NCBI RefSeq assembly: GCF_009914755.1
Contig: NC_060929.1
Source: the human T2T-CHM13v2.0 reference genome, Homo sapiens
Length of the DNA: 64,000 nt
Strand: one strand, 5' to 3'
The notes under the pieces are model-generated. The model was not told where the DNA came from, made no database searches, and worked only from the letters and a program-made list of their open reading frames with translations. The position numbers and the translations under genes were made by a program. This document shows, piece by piece, positions 1 to 13,020 of this stretch. Position 1 is the stretch's first letter. Every line of letters begins with the position of its first letter.

Positions 1-29
1 CTTTTTTTAACTTAAATGCATTCAAGAAA

Positions 30-250
30 TGTTAACAGAATGGAATACTACCAGGTTATTAAAATAACAAGAACCTGGGCCATGCCAATGCACAAGAATG
101 TTTATGTGAAATACCATTTGTGAAAACCAGTGTGAAGGGGAAGATACATACTAATTGCAATTCTGCAAAAGCATTTTCAATATACATTGGCGAAGGCTGT
201 ACAGAACTTGAGGGATACAGATTGTTCAGAGTTTAATGTGTTTTAGACTT
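30..250 (+). mobile_element. Degenerate L1M(E) 3'-end remnant
   Basis: atggaatacta...ttaaaaataa motif resembling the L1 3' region; heavily diverged. Confidence 0.35.
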
Positions 251-884
251 TTTTTCCTGCAAGTTATTTAATTCCTAATGTACAAAGAAGGAGTAAGGAA
301 GTTATTTTTCATTTTGTTTTGTTTTGAGTAAACCTGAAATAATTCTTAAAGGATTCCAGCTGTGGCTGGACCTCTGGACTGACACATCATGGGCCCACCT
401 AACGCATTTAGTGAGCAAGTGACTCCTGTTTGAGACCAGACTGAATTAAAAATCTTTCCTGGACTTCCCAGTCCCTTATTGTTTTGAGTCAACTCTACTG
501 AATCAGAATTTTGAGAGAAGATTCCTCTTCCCAGAAGCTCATAAACATTTTGGGTAATCAACCTCAAGAAAAAATGCCATGTGCACATACATATGGTACT
601 TTGGCAGTAATTACAGTGGACGCATGGGTCCCTAGGCAGGTGAAGGGGCCTACTAAGGAAATGCCTTCTGAAGACCCTGATTGGATAGTTGGAATGAAGT
701 CATAGTGAACCTGAAAGGGTCTGGTCTCACGGCAAGAAGGCAGAGCTGTTTATTCTGGTGGCCTCTGCCGGTGAGGCCTTGAGGGTTTTACAAAGGTCTT
801 CTGTGACTGTTTGATCTTCAGAACCACTTTCTGGCTGCACAGAGCAAATGATGCTGTGATTTTTAGAATGCAGATTCTGGAGGC

Positions 885-1120
885 AGTGGCTGGGATTCAG
901 ATGCCAAGTTTGTTACGTATATTACACATGTAAAAGTGGGCATGTCACTTAATTTTTTGAAGCCTCTGTCTCTTCCGTAAGGTGGAGATGATAATAATGA
1001 TGATGATAAGCAGGACTTTGGGTAGTTCACTGGCTGGCTGCAACAATTCAGTGGTACATGTTGGGTAAGCACTTAGCACAGTGCCTGTCACAGAGAAAAC
1101 TCTGAGTAAATGATAACACA
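885..1120 (+). mobile_element. MIR SINE
   Basis: gggcatgtcacttaa...agcctctgtctc core and aagcacttagcacagtgcctg tail. Confidence 0.7.
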
Positions 1121-1559
1121 TTTGCTTAAGATAATATAGCTAGTAGTGATCAGGGTTGAGCCTCTATCTCAGATCATTTGTCAACTCCAAGTCTACTTCT
1201 CCTTATTACAAATTATAATGCATTCATTTATTCATTTTCTAGCTATCTACTACATATAATTATATAGCTATATATAATTATATATTTTTTCCTTTTTTTC
1301 TCCTTTCACATAAATTAAGCATCTTTTCAGAGAAATCGGTAACCTGATCAGGAAGTATTTCTGTCAAGTCTTATTTCATAGCAAGATTAAAAGTTTTTTC
1401 TTAAGATATACTTGGAAAATTTTGTCATTTAATCAAGGACTTCGCTGTATGCCTACGTGGGATAAAGCTTGCCAATAACTTATGGAAAATTGCTGGTGAT
1501 TAATCCAGCCCCATTTCTGCCATGCTGCCCCTTGCTCTCTCCAATGGCCTCTTTCCCTG

Positions 1560-1865
1560 ATCCTGCCCTTCCCAGTGTCTACAATGTGGATTCCTCCCCG
1601 CCCTCTTACCTCTCAGAGCTGGGTTCAAATGTTGCTTCCTCCATCTTTCCTCCTCGCTTCCCTGACCTCAGTCTTTCTCCCATCTCCACCAAGCTAGCAG
1701 TTGCTCTGCGGAAATTCTCACAAAATTGCATTCCTTCCCTTTATTGTACTTACCTCTGTTTGTAAGTAATTTGGGGGATTATTTGATTCATATCTGTTTT
1801 CCCCATCAGATTATAATGGACAGGAAAACAGGGCCTGGATATTGCATGTCCACTCTTGTGCTTAA
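1560..1865 (+). mobile_element. L2 3' remnant
   Basis: tcaaatgttgcttcctcc ... tatctgttttccccatcagattataa pattern typical of the L2 3' end. Confidence 0.5.
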
Positions 1866-1899
1866 CTTCTGGTTGAAGCAACAAATAAATGATTTTGTT

Positions 1900-2065
1900 T
1901 GGGCACTGACTCTGTGCCCGGCCCCTAGAGTAACACATGCTCTCATCCTTACAGCAAATTTTCAGGCGGGCAGCATTTTCTTCATTCTATACTCCAAGGA
2001 AGAGGAGGGTCAGAGAGGATAAATAACCTGCCTCGGATCTCAGAATAGGTAAATGACAGAGACTC
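1900..2065 (-). mobile_element. MIR SINE
   Basis: gaggagggtcagagaggataaataacctgcctcggatctcag (reverse MIR core). Confidence 0.65.
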
Positions 2066-3794
2066 CACTGCCTCTGTGATTTCTCTCGAGGCCCTGGGAC
2101 CCTCAGATGGTGAAAGGCAAGAGTCTGCGAACCCCTGGAGGTCTGGAAGCAGGATTCATGGAGTTCTTTCCCCAGAGAGGAGCAGTCAGCTCTGAGTCAA
2201 TTAGCAGAGCAATCATCGGAAATCAAGTCCCTGACTAATGAGGTGCCTGAAATTGAGATGTCACTTGTAATCTCTTTTCTCCTAGACTATCTGGATTAAG
2301 ATTCCAAGGTATTAAGAAATCATTTTTATTTTTCTCAGGGAAATCTAAACACTTCAATGTTAAAAAAAATCTTGTTATTGGGGAGAAAAGTAAAATGGGC
2401 TTCAGTATTAACTTCTTAATGATTTTTGAAATATGCAGATCTTGCTGGAGCAGACATGCAAAAGTGGTTGGTTTCCAGTGTCCCTTTAAAATCTGGGATG
2501 CCTTGGAGGCTATAAAAATAAAATTCTAAACACAAATTAATCCTGGCAAAGGCTGGGTAGCCATTCTGGATTGAACCAAAATATCTAATTGGCTCAGGCA
2601 CAGAGGATCAGTGCTGTTCTTCAGTTGGTGAACTCCTTATGTGGAGATTAAATGGAATCATAAGATTGTAATTAGTTGTAATTATAGAAATAGTGTCTTC
2701 TGGTTTTGTCTCTTTGCTGAGACAGTTGCTTGGGATGGCTTTGGAAAAACTTGTTCCTGAGGCCAGGAAGGGCTCTGAAAAGGAAGTTTTCCAGTCAGCT
2801 CTCGAATACCCCACTTATGCCCTCAAACAAAAAAATGAGTTGCCTTTAGGATGATTCATTTCAAAGGCTTTTTATTTCTTCTCCCTTAAACTGCAGCTGT
2901 TTGGCTCTGCAGGGGTTTGGGGAGGCAAGGAGGCCAGCTATAGGTGCAAAACAGCTTCATCGCTGGAGGGACACCATGCCCAAGGTGGGAATGGTAATAA
3001 CGATGAAATAGACCCGAGAAACATCCATTCCCTTGGAAAAACCAGGAGTAAGAACCTACTGCTCTTGCACTAGGCCCTTGTCATGCCCACTTTTGTGCTC
3101 TTTTCCAGTTACGGGGTTTTAATACGAGGGTAAATTACTACCAGGACGTCTGGAGAACCTCCTCTATGGGAGACTGGTTTTACTCTTCCATTTCCCATCC
3201 GATTGCTGAGATTCATTATTCCATTATTTCCTTCCACTCAGTAAGAGAATTCTTGGATGAAAATATCCACCATGTTACTCTTTTTGTAAGCCCATTCTCT
3301 AAAGAGATATAAAGTAACATCAGCCCTGCCAGGTCTGCACAAGAAAAAATCTAGAAATCCCTTACCCAAAGCAAAAGTACACTCTTTGTCTGAATCTGGG
3401 CCCTATTGAGGTTTAGAAACATAGAAGACAGGGTAAGAGTGCATTTACAGCTTATCTTGGAGCCCTTTGGAAGGAAGCTCTGTCTTGTGAGGTTTCTATT
3501 CCTCAGAAGTAATAATAACAAGCAACAATTATATAGCAGTGACTCTGTGCCTGTCACTCAACAGATTTTCATTGCGTGCACACTGTTGTCAACACCATTG
3601 AAGCCACTGGGAAGAAGGCAAGGAAACCATTACTGGCCCTATCCCTACCCTTGTGATCTTATATTGCAATGGGGAGCTGGGCTTAAGTGTTTGAAGTTCT
3701 GCACACTGGAAAGGGAATTAGACTTGCTGGGTCATTCTGGGAATTACACGGAAGAGGGAGTGGAAATTACAGGGAGATGGATGGGATTAAGTCA

Positions 3795-3920
3795 CCTGTG
3801 CAAATTCTAGACCCCACCCTACATCTACTGAGTCAGAAACTCGGAGGGTAGGACCCAGCAAGGCAAGTTTCACAAACTCTACACTGATTCTTATGTGCAC
3901 TGAAGTTTGAGAACCACCTG
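3795..3920. mobile_element. MER5A (hAT-Charlie MITE)
   Basis: ccccaccctacatctactgagtcagaaactc...tgattcttatgtgcactgaagtttgagaaccac. Confidence 0.75.
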
Positions 3921-4321
3921 GATTTGACATATGGAGAACACTCTATCCAGTGGAATTTTCCAACAGCAAAATGAGCTGCCGCTGCTGATGGCATAGCATT
4001 CTCCATTACTGGGTGTGTGCAAACAAGACCACTTGAAACAGAAGGAATGAGGGTGTGAATTTCAGCATTTCCCAAGTGCATTTAATGATGAAATACTTTT
4101 ATAATTATGAGATGCTGATAGGACATTGATAGGAGCTTGACAATTATGCATTAAAGTCTATTGCAAAAAATACCCCCAAATGAAATAATTGCTGCTGGAA
4201 ATTGTCAAAAGTTGTTCTTGTACTTTATAACATACAAACAAAACAAATTAGAGTAATAAGGTCATTTAAATTTATTAATACATCAATGTGAAGATTACTA
4301 AAATAAACAGCCTCCTCCATT

Positions 4322-4346
4322 CCCCCTGACCCCCATCCCCCGCCCC
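4322..4346 (-). other. G-quadruplex-forming motif
   Basis: ccccc-tga-ccccc-at-ccccc-g-cccc on the + strand, i.e. four G-runs of 4-5 with 1-3 nt loops on the - strand. Confidence 0.7.
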
Positions 4347-5854
4347 AGAAATATCTATGACTGTATCAAGGATGGAAAAATCAAATGCTCTGGTGTTCCT
4401 TCCAATCTGGGACAACATACTTTAGAAAAAATACTGGAGGGTAGCAAACATTGTATTTGAAATCACCTTGCCCTTTTCTGTGACTTCTCCAGCTCTCCAT
4501 CACTTTCTTTTCCTCTTTTCTGGGCAATACTCCATCCTTGCCTCCAAGCCCCCTAGTACCTAGGTGCCATGTCTTCATCTCTCTCTCCCATTCGAACCTT
4601 CCCAATTTCCTGTGTATTTGCTCCCAGGAGGCTCACGTTCAGTCCCGTAGCCTATCCGCCCTTCTCAGCCCAGAGCTCTTCCCTCAGAGTGCAGTGCAGC
4701 CATCTGCTCGGGAACCTGTGCTGATGGGATAGCAGTTGATAATGAGTTACTTGTTCATCTCCTGGGTAACCTGTTTGCTTTTTAACTGGAGCCTCCTAGG
4801 GCCAGTGCCTGTGAGGGGAAGAGCTTTAGAAAGTCAGCCTGAGAGAGGGGCACCGTGTGGAGGGAATTTCTCGGTCAAGTTCAAACTTGATCTGTCTAGT
4901 ATTTTCCAGGTCTCTGGAGTTCCATCTGCCTCCAGAACTGAAGTCAAAGGTGAAACATAACCACCAGCTTGGCCTGAATTTGATAGGGGCTGCAGAAGAG
5001 AGGATGTTCTGGCCACACTTACATTACTCCAGCAGTCTCAATCGGCTACCTCCTTGGGGTTATAATTCTGTTGGCTTTTTTCCCCAGTTGGTCCAGAAAG
5101 GGGAATGACAAGATGAAGACAGGAAGACAGGAACACTTTTCTCTGCTTTTCCCATAATCTCTGCATGTGAATGGAGACCTGTTTATGGTCACTTATTACC
5201 ACCCCCTGTCTCTCCCGGATATTTTGGCTTCATTTACAGTGGGGATTAACATGATCTAGAGGCAGCCTTCTGGGTTCTTTTGTGATAATCTAAAAATAAA
5301 CAAAGCCCAAAGGATCCATTTCTTCTTCCCATTAATTTGAAGAAAGGCAGATGGTGCCCAATAACCTGATTTGAATTGCCAATAAAGTGCGTCATTTTTT
5401 TACTAACTTGCCATTAAATTTTAACGGATGGTGTCCATGGTGCAGAATGAGCTCCAAGAGAGGTTATTCAAAGCCCGTGGGGTGGGATAGTGAGCAGTCA
5501 GTCTGTGTCCACACAACCTCCCTGAGGAGGAGGAGATTTGGAGCAACGAGAGAGGCTGCAGAGGGCTCTGAACTGTTGAGAATCTAGGGAAAAATGCAGA
5601 AAGGGGTGAGCTGGCAGGAAAGTGGTAGTTTTCAAGAAGCTTGAGACCCATGTTGTAAATTTGAGGGCACCAACCATATCTCACCTATTACTACTTCCCC
5701 ACTACAATTAGGTGTTCCGAGGGCAGTCACTAAAGGCTGGCTGAAGGAGTGATGCAAACTTTTGATGGGTGGAAAGCATACATTTTAGTGAAGAGGGAAG
5801 AAAACACAACCAAGGTAAGAAAAGGAGATACCTCCCACAACGTACTGCAGAGTT

Positions 5855-6185
5855 GAAAGAGTCCTAGACTTGGGGACTTGGGTTCTACTCCTGACTCTAA
5901 CAGTACATCACTGAGAAAAGTCTTATAAGTCTCCAGATGGAGGAAGATAGGTAACAAATTGCTGAAGGGACTTGCCTCCTTCATCTGCAACCAGAACCTG
6001 AGACTCCAAAACCTTCTAGTGATACTTCCACAAATGAACACGTTTGCTCTTTGCTTATGTGCTCAGTGAATGGTTTATTGAATTTTCTGACTCAAAATGG
6101 TTAATTCTGTTGATTTTTTAAAATGTCAAAATTAAATGGCTGGACTGGAGATCGATAAGATCCTTTTCAACCCTAAAATTCTATG
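5855..6185 (+). mobile_element. Fragmented MIR/MIR3
   Basis: gacttgggttctactcctgactct head (5855-5935) and ggactggagatc...tccttttcaaccctaaaattctatg tail (6110-6185). Confidence 0.5.
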
Positions 6186-6359
6186 GTGTGTTCTACAATG
6201 TTTGTAAAAAGCCAAGTTTTGTTTTGCTAGTGCAGAGTCTCAGGGTCCCCAGGCCAGCCTAATTCAGTTAGGGTATGGGAATACCTTGCTGGATCATCAT
6301 CTGGGAGGAGAATAAATAGTGGCATGGCCATCTCTGCTCCAGGAATTAGACATGTTGCT

Positions 6360-6915
6360 CCAGTGTGCTGGACTTCGGTAGTTTTCCCTGCTTGTTATCC
6401 TTTCCTTCTATTCCTTTCAGCTCTCCCCTTTGGAGAACCACCTCTCTGCCATTCTCAATCCATGTGGTGATGGTCAGGCTGAACTTCTCACCCATTCGTC
6501 AAGTGGGCACTTGACTAATGTTCGGCCAACCAGAATATTCTACACCCTCTAGCCACAGTGTTTGCTTCAGGAATGAGAACTTAAGACAGCCTAATGAAAA
6601 TCAGCCTATAAGGATTTTTGCCAGAACAATTGAGAATGAGACTCTCTCTTTGCTTTAGAGTCACTAAACTACATGGATATAAGCTTGAAGCTGCAGGTGG
6701 CCATCAACCCTTGAGGGGATCCTGGGCCTGAAAATGAAGGCATAAAGGAAAACAAAACTGAGACATAGAGAGAGATGAATTCCTTGAACATGATGCCTGA
6801 AGTTAGATTTGCCCCTGGCTGTTTCAGTCCAATGAGCCAGTAAATTCCCTCTTTTACTTAAGTTGATTTTAATTGGGTTTTGTCACTTGCAATGAGAAAT
6901 GTCCCAACTAACACA
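6360..6915 (+). mobile_element. MaLR solo LTR, MLT1K/L-like
   Basis: ctagccacagtg..ttcagg, gatgcctgaag...tgagccagtaaattccctcttttacttaag...gtcacttgcaa...ctaacaca end. Confidence 0.75.
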
Positions 6916-7084
6916 GTCGCCTTGATACTCAGGGTGATATGCAGGGAGAGGAGAAAGAGACACCTGCAATATAGTGAGCAAATTCAGTGAGCAATAGCAT
7001 AAATACAGCTAAAATACAACTGATCAGTTAATACTTGACCCATTGTAGTCACAGTGATAATGTGGTGGGGAGGGTTTGGTAAAG

Positions 7085-7265
7085 CAGAATCCTCAAGCAA
7101 TTGGCATCAGGGTCATCCAGGGAGGTTTTTTTTTTTTTTTCTTTCTTAAGAATTTAGATTCCAGGGCTTTACCCAGACCTACTATTCAGAATCTGTGAAT
7201 AGAGGCCTGGAATTTGCTTTCCTAAAAGATTCCCAGGGTATAAAGTTTGATATTCACTGTCCTAG
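7085..7265. mobile_element. MER5A/B MITE
   Basis: gattccagggctttacccagacctactattcagaatct...cctggaatttgc. Confidence 0.7.
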
Positions 7266-7485
7266 TAATGAGAGCTCAGACTTTGAAATTAGAAGGTTTG
7301 GGTTTATATCTAGTCTCTGCCATTTACTACTTGTATGACCTTGGGCTAATAACCTTCAGTCTCAGCTTTTTCAGTGGTTAATAATGCCTCATAGGGTTGT
7401 GAGAATAAATAAGAAAATGTATTCATGTAAAATATTTACCCTGCTGCTTTTTTATATAGGGAAATTTAGAAACTATTGTTATTAC
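7266..7485 (+). mobile_element. MIR SINE
   Basis: tctgccatttactacttgtatgaccttgggc; cctcatagggttgtgagaat. Confidence 0.75.
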
Positions 7486-7589
7486 TAAAACCTACACCTA
7501 TAAGAGAAGGGAGCAGACTTAAGAAAATGCAAAAGAAACATATAAGCATTACGTTTGAATTATGGTGCTCCTTGGAATCTATGACATAG

Positions 7590-7815
7590 CAGGCATAGTG
7601 GTTAAGACTGAAGTCTCTGGAGTAGGAATGTCTGAATGAAACTCTGGTTCTGCCACTTACCAGCTATGTGACCTCCTGCTGAGCTGCTTGTGCCTTTGCT
7701 TTTTCATCTGTAAAATGGGATTAATATTGGTACTTAACTTACATCTTTTTTTGGGGTAATGATGAAATAAGATCATGAATGAGAAGGGCATAGATGATAC
7801 TTGCTAGTTTTATTA
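7590..7815 (+). mobile_element. MIR SINE
   Basis: ggcatagtggttaagact...ctgccacttaccagctatgtgacc...catctgtaaaatggg. Confidence 0.8.
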
Positions 7816-8157
7816 CGACCATTTTCTTCTTTTCCAATTACATTAATGCTTTTCCCTTGTGGTTAACCCCCACATAGCTTTATTCCTCTGAGATCCTCTT
7901 CCACTGGCCTCTGCTCTTTTATTAAATAAAGAAATTAGATTCAGAGATGGCCTCCCACTCCCAGCCTTGAACTTGAGTTGAATCTCCCTAGAGAGGGCCC
8001 AAGGCTGGGGAATGGTAGAGATACCTGCTTTGTGCTATGGGGCCCTGGTTTTTATGCTGACAGCCTACGTGCTTGGAGAAGTGTCTGGAACTTCAAGTTG
8101 ACATTTGCAATGTGTCAAAGCCCTGAGCATTTCCTTTCTAACCGAGCCCTAGGAAAC

Positions 8158-8221
8158 CTCAGGGCCCAATGTATTAAGCACATGAAGAACTCAGGGCCCA
8201 ATGTATTAAGCAAATGAAGAA
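8158..8221. repeat. 32-bp tandem duplication (2 copies, 1 mismatch)
   Basis: ctcagggcccaatgtattaagcacatgaagaa followed directly by ctcagggcccaatgtattaagcaaatgaagaa. Confidence 0.95.
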
Positions 8222-9049
8222 AAAGCAGCCGTGTTTGGGCAGTAAGTCATGCTGATGGATGTAGCACTCCAGTCCTGCCTACTATATCTGTGTAGGTATT
8301 GAACATCCAAAGATCTGTTCCATACAACTTTTCAAGTGAAAAAAAAATAACAGCAAGCCTCATAACAAGAAAATAATTGCAGGAGCAAAATGACAATGTT
8401 TGGCAGTGCTGCAAAAGTGCTTGGAAGAATTTGAGGAAATATCTGTACCTGAAATACAAGTTGTGCCTCATCTTCCTCATTTATTAAGTTGAAACATAAT
8501 ATTTAATGTTGCTTTTAATCTGGATTATTTAAGATTCTTAGATTCAAGATTCTATGACATTATCCAAAGGCACTTCTCTTAGGAAGTCTCTCTGTTCCCA
8601 CTGGTTTCCAACAGTGGGAGGTGGGATGGGTGACATCTGCAGATAAAACCAGGCCGTGCTGTTGAACAGTTGGCAAATCCAAGTGATTCTCTTCTCCCTG
8701 GAATGGGTGCAGGGTTGCATATTAATTTACAATTACTCATAAAGTAGACAGCAAAGGCTTCTCTTTTGTCAACACTTAGACATACAAATTAGGTAATATT
8801 GAATGGGCAATGAATATTTCATTTCCACCTTGCCTCCTGGTGCCAATCACTGTAAATGAGGCTAGATTAATATCCGAAATGACTCACACTCCGTTAGGTA
8901 TCCAAGTCTGGGCCCCTCAGACTCGCTCTATTTTGGCCTTAATTTGTCAGCTGGATTTTGTTAGTGACTATGCAAGACAGAAGCAGGAACACATAGTTTA
9001 CCTCAACTTTATGCTGGACATGAACTTCAGTGTTTCAAAGTGATCTTTG

Positions 9050-9835
9050 GTTCTGATAATATGGCAGAGCAAACTTGTACAAAGGATGAATAAAAAATAG
9101 AAATAGAATTTTTAAAAATATTCCGGCATAAAAGAAAAAAAAAATCCCCAGGTACAAGAATTGAAGAGAGAAATCAAAGCCAGGGCAGTAATGGAGAGTT
9201 GGTATTTCAGCAAAATTTTCTGACCCAGATATGAGCCCTAAGAGCTGAAGGTTGGGGATTTAACACCCACTGGGGTACAGGAAATGTGGCCTCAAGCCCT
9301 TGCTAGGTAGGGAAAATAGAACTAAGCTTCAGCATAAAGCCATGAGCCTTGAAAAGTTGCATTGTCCGTGGGATGGTGACTACAAAAACTCCACATCTGA
9401 GTCCAGGAAAGAAGCAAGTAAGCTTGCCACCCATCTAGAACCCCAGTTAAAAAAAAAAAAAAAAAAGAAAAAGAAGCTGTGTCCAAAAAATCAAAACCCC
9501 AGGTCTGGGCCACATATGGGCATGGTATCTAAATGTATACCAGTGATAAGTTAGCATAGATTGCCTAAGTCTATGAAACCCCTAGGATATAATAGGGGAA
9601 ATTGTGAAACTGAATTGTTGGGACATTTTTACAAATCAGGGCATGAAGTACTCACACCCAGAAATTTACCATCATAAGGAAGATACTAAATGCTTCAAAA
9701 GGATAATTAGCACCTTAAAGATTCGAAATAATAGAAATATCTTTATGAGACTATAAAATAAGAGCATTTAAAATTATTAAAGATAGAAGAAGTAGTATGA
9801 TACAAGAAGCAGAAAATTCAAAAGAAATATATAAA
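9050..9835 (+). mobile_element. Ancient L1M/HAL1 5' UTR-ORF1 remnant
   Basis: A-rich, ...gataatagaa..gactataaaataag..tttaaaat..ttaaaga pattern of old L1/HAL1 ORF1 regions. Confidence 0.45.
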
Positions 9836-9945
9836 TAGGACTCATGCATAAGTTGGTTTGCCCAGCACGGAGGGATTTCTCAGGAGACAAGATTCTCAAT
9901 ACTAAGGGAGACTCTCATTAGGCAAAGCATGTGGTGGTCATGTTA
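9836..9945. mobile_element. MER81-like hAT-Blackjack MITE
   Basis: tagg...ggtttgcccagcacggagggatttctcaggagac...ggcaaa...tggtca. Confidence 0.5.
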
Positions 9946-10480
9946 CTTCCACTGGGTAACCAAAGAGGTTTTAATGAAGAGACCGTTTACAAACGTGTGG
10001 ACAGAATTTGGGGAAACCAGCAAGGAACAATACAGCGCCCTGGACCTAACCACAGGGAGCCACTACTACCAACTCTGGGAGGGAAACGGCCGACAGAAGT
10101 CAGGACTAACTTGCAGCTCCCACTCAGGCAGGCAGAGCAGCGTGTGGAGACCCACATCGTAAACTTTTGCTCCATTACTATCCTCAAGTCTGAAGGGGCA
10201 AGGAGAGGGTGCCATTACTGAAACTCCGAGAAATAAGCCCCACGGAGAAGCCCTTAATGGAAGGAAATAGGAAAGAAGCAAGGAGAATAAGCACACCATT
10301 TTCACTCTCCACCTACCTTCCCTCTGAACTCCTGTTGAGACCTCCCATTGGCCAGACTCAGCTAAAAGCCAGAGAGCAAAGAAGTTCTTTGACCTAGTCT
10401 ACACAGGCCAGCCTCCTGAAACACAGATCAAGAAGGGTGCAGAATGGATCTTGAAGGGTAAACGAAAAACAGTCGGGACA
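9945..10480 (-). mobile_element. ERVL LTR (LTR33/LTR16-like)
   Basis: cctcccattggcc...agccagagagcaa...gggtgcagaatggatcttgaagggtaaac. Confidence 0.65.
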
Positions 10481-10680
10481 AAAGCACAATGAAATTGACC
10501 ATCTGAATACCTGTATATAAAACCTTGCAAGTTAAAGCAGGTTGTGCAAAACCAGAGTTAGGAGGAAAATAGCAGGCTAAAAGTTAGAAGAGCTGAGCCC
10601 TGGTGACACCTTTGGTATTTACAATCAGTGTGACTTTGAGAAAGTGTCTTTGTTTACTCAAGCTTCTATATTATTAATTA

Positions 10681-10986
<306 letters not shown>

Positions 10987-12603
10987 TTAACAGTGAAATT
11001 TTTCTAGAATAGAAGTCTCACACTGGAAGCCCTTGGATCAAATCTTAGTGGAGTATATTGTTTACAGAATGTTTTAGACTAAATCTGAATAATTCAATAA
11101 CATTGAAAAATTGAGGAAAATTCATAAAATAATGTGGATTTCTAGCTTTCTTTGTGTTTTCGTTTGGCAACAATTGTCTAAAGGCAAGGTCCTCACTCCC
11201 ATTTCTACACCGACCATCCCTTCTGGCCCACTTCACTCATTTCTGTTACCTGCCTGCAGCCCTGTGGGAACTGGTATTTGCAACCTTGAATAGCACTTTC
11301 AACTTTCAGGTTTAACAGTCTGTGAAATTTAAGGCATCACTGTAGGTTTTGACTATGAACATGGGCTTTCTGAGTTTTTTAATCGAGGTGGATTGGGAAG
11401 TTGGCAGGTGGCTTTTTGCATATCTTCCTTTACATCTTAAACACAGCACATATGCAGTTTTATGAAGCATATGGTCTTCCATGTGCATAACTACACTTTG
11501 TTGATTTTTCCTTTTCCTAAGTTCTCCAAAAGCCCAGTAGAATAAACACAAGCTGCCACTTGGAAAACAATTCTGAAGAAAAGCCCATCTGGGGAGAAAA
11601 AGTGAGGCAATCCAAAAAGCCGCCAAGTGACCACATTTCTGGAGTAAGTTTTTACAGTTCACAGAGACCATGACTCTTTTCTCCCCTTGGCATGATATAT
11701 GATGAGCATGGTGTCAAACAGCTCGTGGTGACATTGCCTTTGCTCTTTGGGCTTGTGGCAGGGAATGGGTGAAAAAGGCAAATTCAACCTTTCTGTGGCA
11801 GACCTTGATTGGAAACAACGTGTGAACATTTTACCTGGTGATGAGCCCTGAGTTTTACATCAGCCAACAGCCATGGCAGCAGATGACAGAAAAAAACGGA
11901 ATCTTTTCCAGACTTGGAGAAAGATAAATCTGAAAAGGAGTTTTTCCCTATAGACCAGCTCTGCTTAGGAGATACTCACTGTGAGTTGTCAGATCAGGGA
12001 ACTTTGAGGTAAGCATTAATGAGAATTGCACTAACTTTCCCTGAGGGACCAAGAAACTGGGATTCTCTAGCCAACATTTTGTCCTGAGAACGATTGCTCA
12101 CCCAGCTCCATGGAGGATTTTCCCTTCAGCCCATCCCTCAGGGCTTACCCTGTGCACAGTTTCAGCTACTACTGGAAAATGACTCAAAGAATTAAAGTGT
12201 TGAAATAGATGCCCCTAACTCCTTTGCTAGAATAAACAAGGATTGTGGGTAGAATGTAAATTATTAAAATGCATTAACTTTCTCCTGGACAAGTCTGGTG
12301 CTAATCACCTTTGCCGCGAGGAAAGATAAATGGGTTGTGCGTGTTGCAGGCTGAACTGGCACCTGACGAAATCGTGAAGTAGCAAAGTTTGTCTTGATGA
12401 TTCCTGTTCCAGAACATCTCCTATTCCCTTTCTGGAGTCCTTTTGTTGTCCACCATTTCCCATTCCTGTGCCTTCCTGTTGCACACCTGATACCTCCTAT
12501 TAGCTTTATATGCCTGTCTCCCCTCCAAGCGCAGCTGTCCCCTGGCCCTCATCAAGGCTCACTTCTCCTCTGTGCCACTATGTCAATGAGATTTCCTGAT
12601 GGA

Positions 12604-12670
12604 TAGGGTGATCTATAATTTAGTATCCAAAATTGGACACATTTGAGAGTAAAAGAGAGTTAATAATAAT
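12604..12670. mobile_element. MER94-like hAT-Blackjack MITE (part, next to an MLT1A insertion)
   Basis: tagggtgatctataatttagtatccaaaattggacacatttgagagtaaaag. Confidence 0.6.
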
Positions 12671-12671
12671 C

Positions 12672-13020
12672 ATCATAGTCTGTTTGGGCTGCTGTAATAA
12701 AATAGTATGGACTGGGTAGCTTATAAGTAACAGACATGTCTTTCTTACAGTTCTGGGGCCTGGGAAGTCCAAGATCAAGATGCTGGCAGATTCAGTGTCT
12801 GGTGAGGGCCTGCTTTCTGATTCATAGATGGTGCCTTCTCACTGTGTCCTCACATGGTGGAAGGAGCAAACAAGCCTCTTTGGGCCTCTTTTATAAGGAA
12901 ACGATCCCATTCATGAGGGTGGAACCTTGCAAAATGCCCCACCTTCTAATACTATCACCTTGGGAGCTAGAATTTCAACCTATGAATTTTTAGGGGGACA
13001 TAAACTTCACATGATATCAA
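12672..13020 (-). mobile_element. MaLR solo LTR MLT1A0-like
   Basis: cagttctggggcctgggaagtccaagatcaagatgctggcagattcagtgtctggtgagggcc. Confidence 0.85.

Noticed and set aside
1250-1285. AT-rich quasi-palindrome around tagcta
   Set aside because: Imperfect (2-bp offset) and low complexity; expected in TA-rich tracts
8158-8221. CRISPR-like repeat (32-bp unit)
   Set aside because: Only two adjacent copies, no spacer, eukaryotic context
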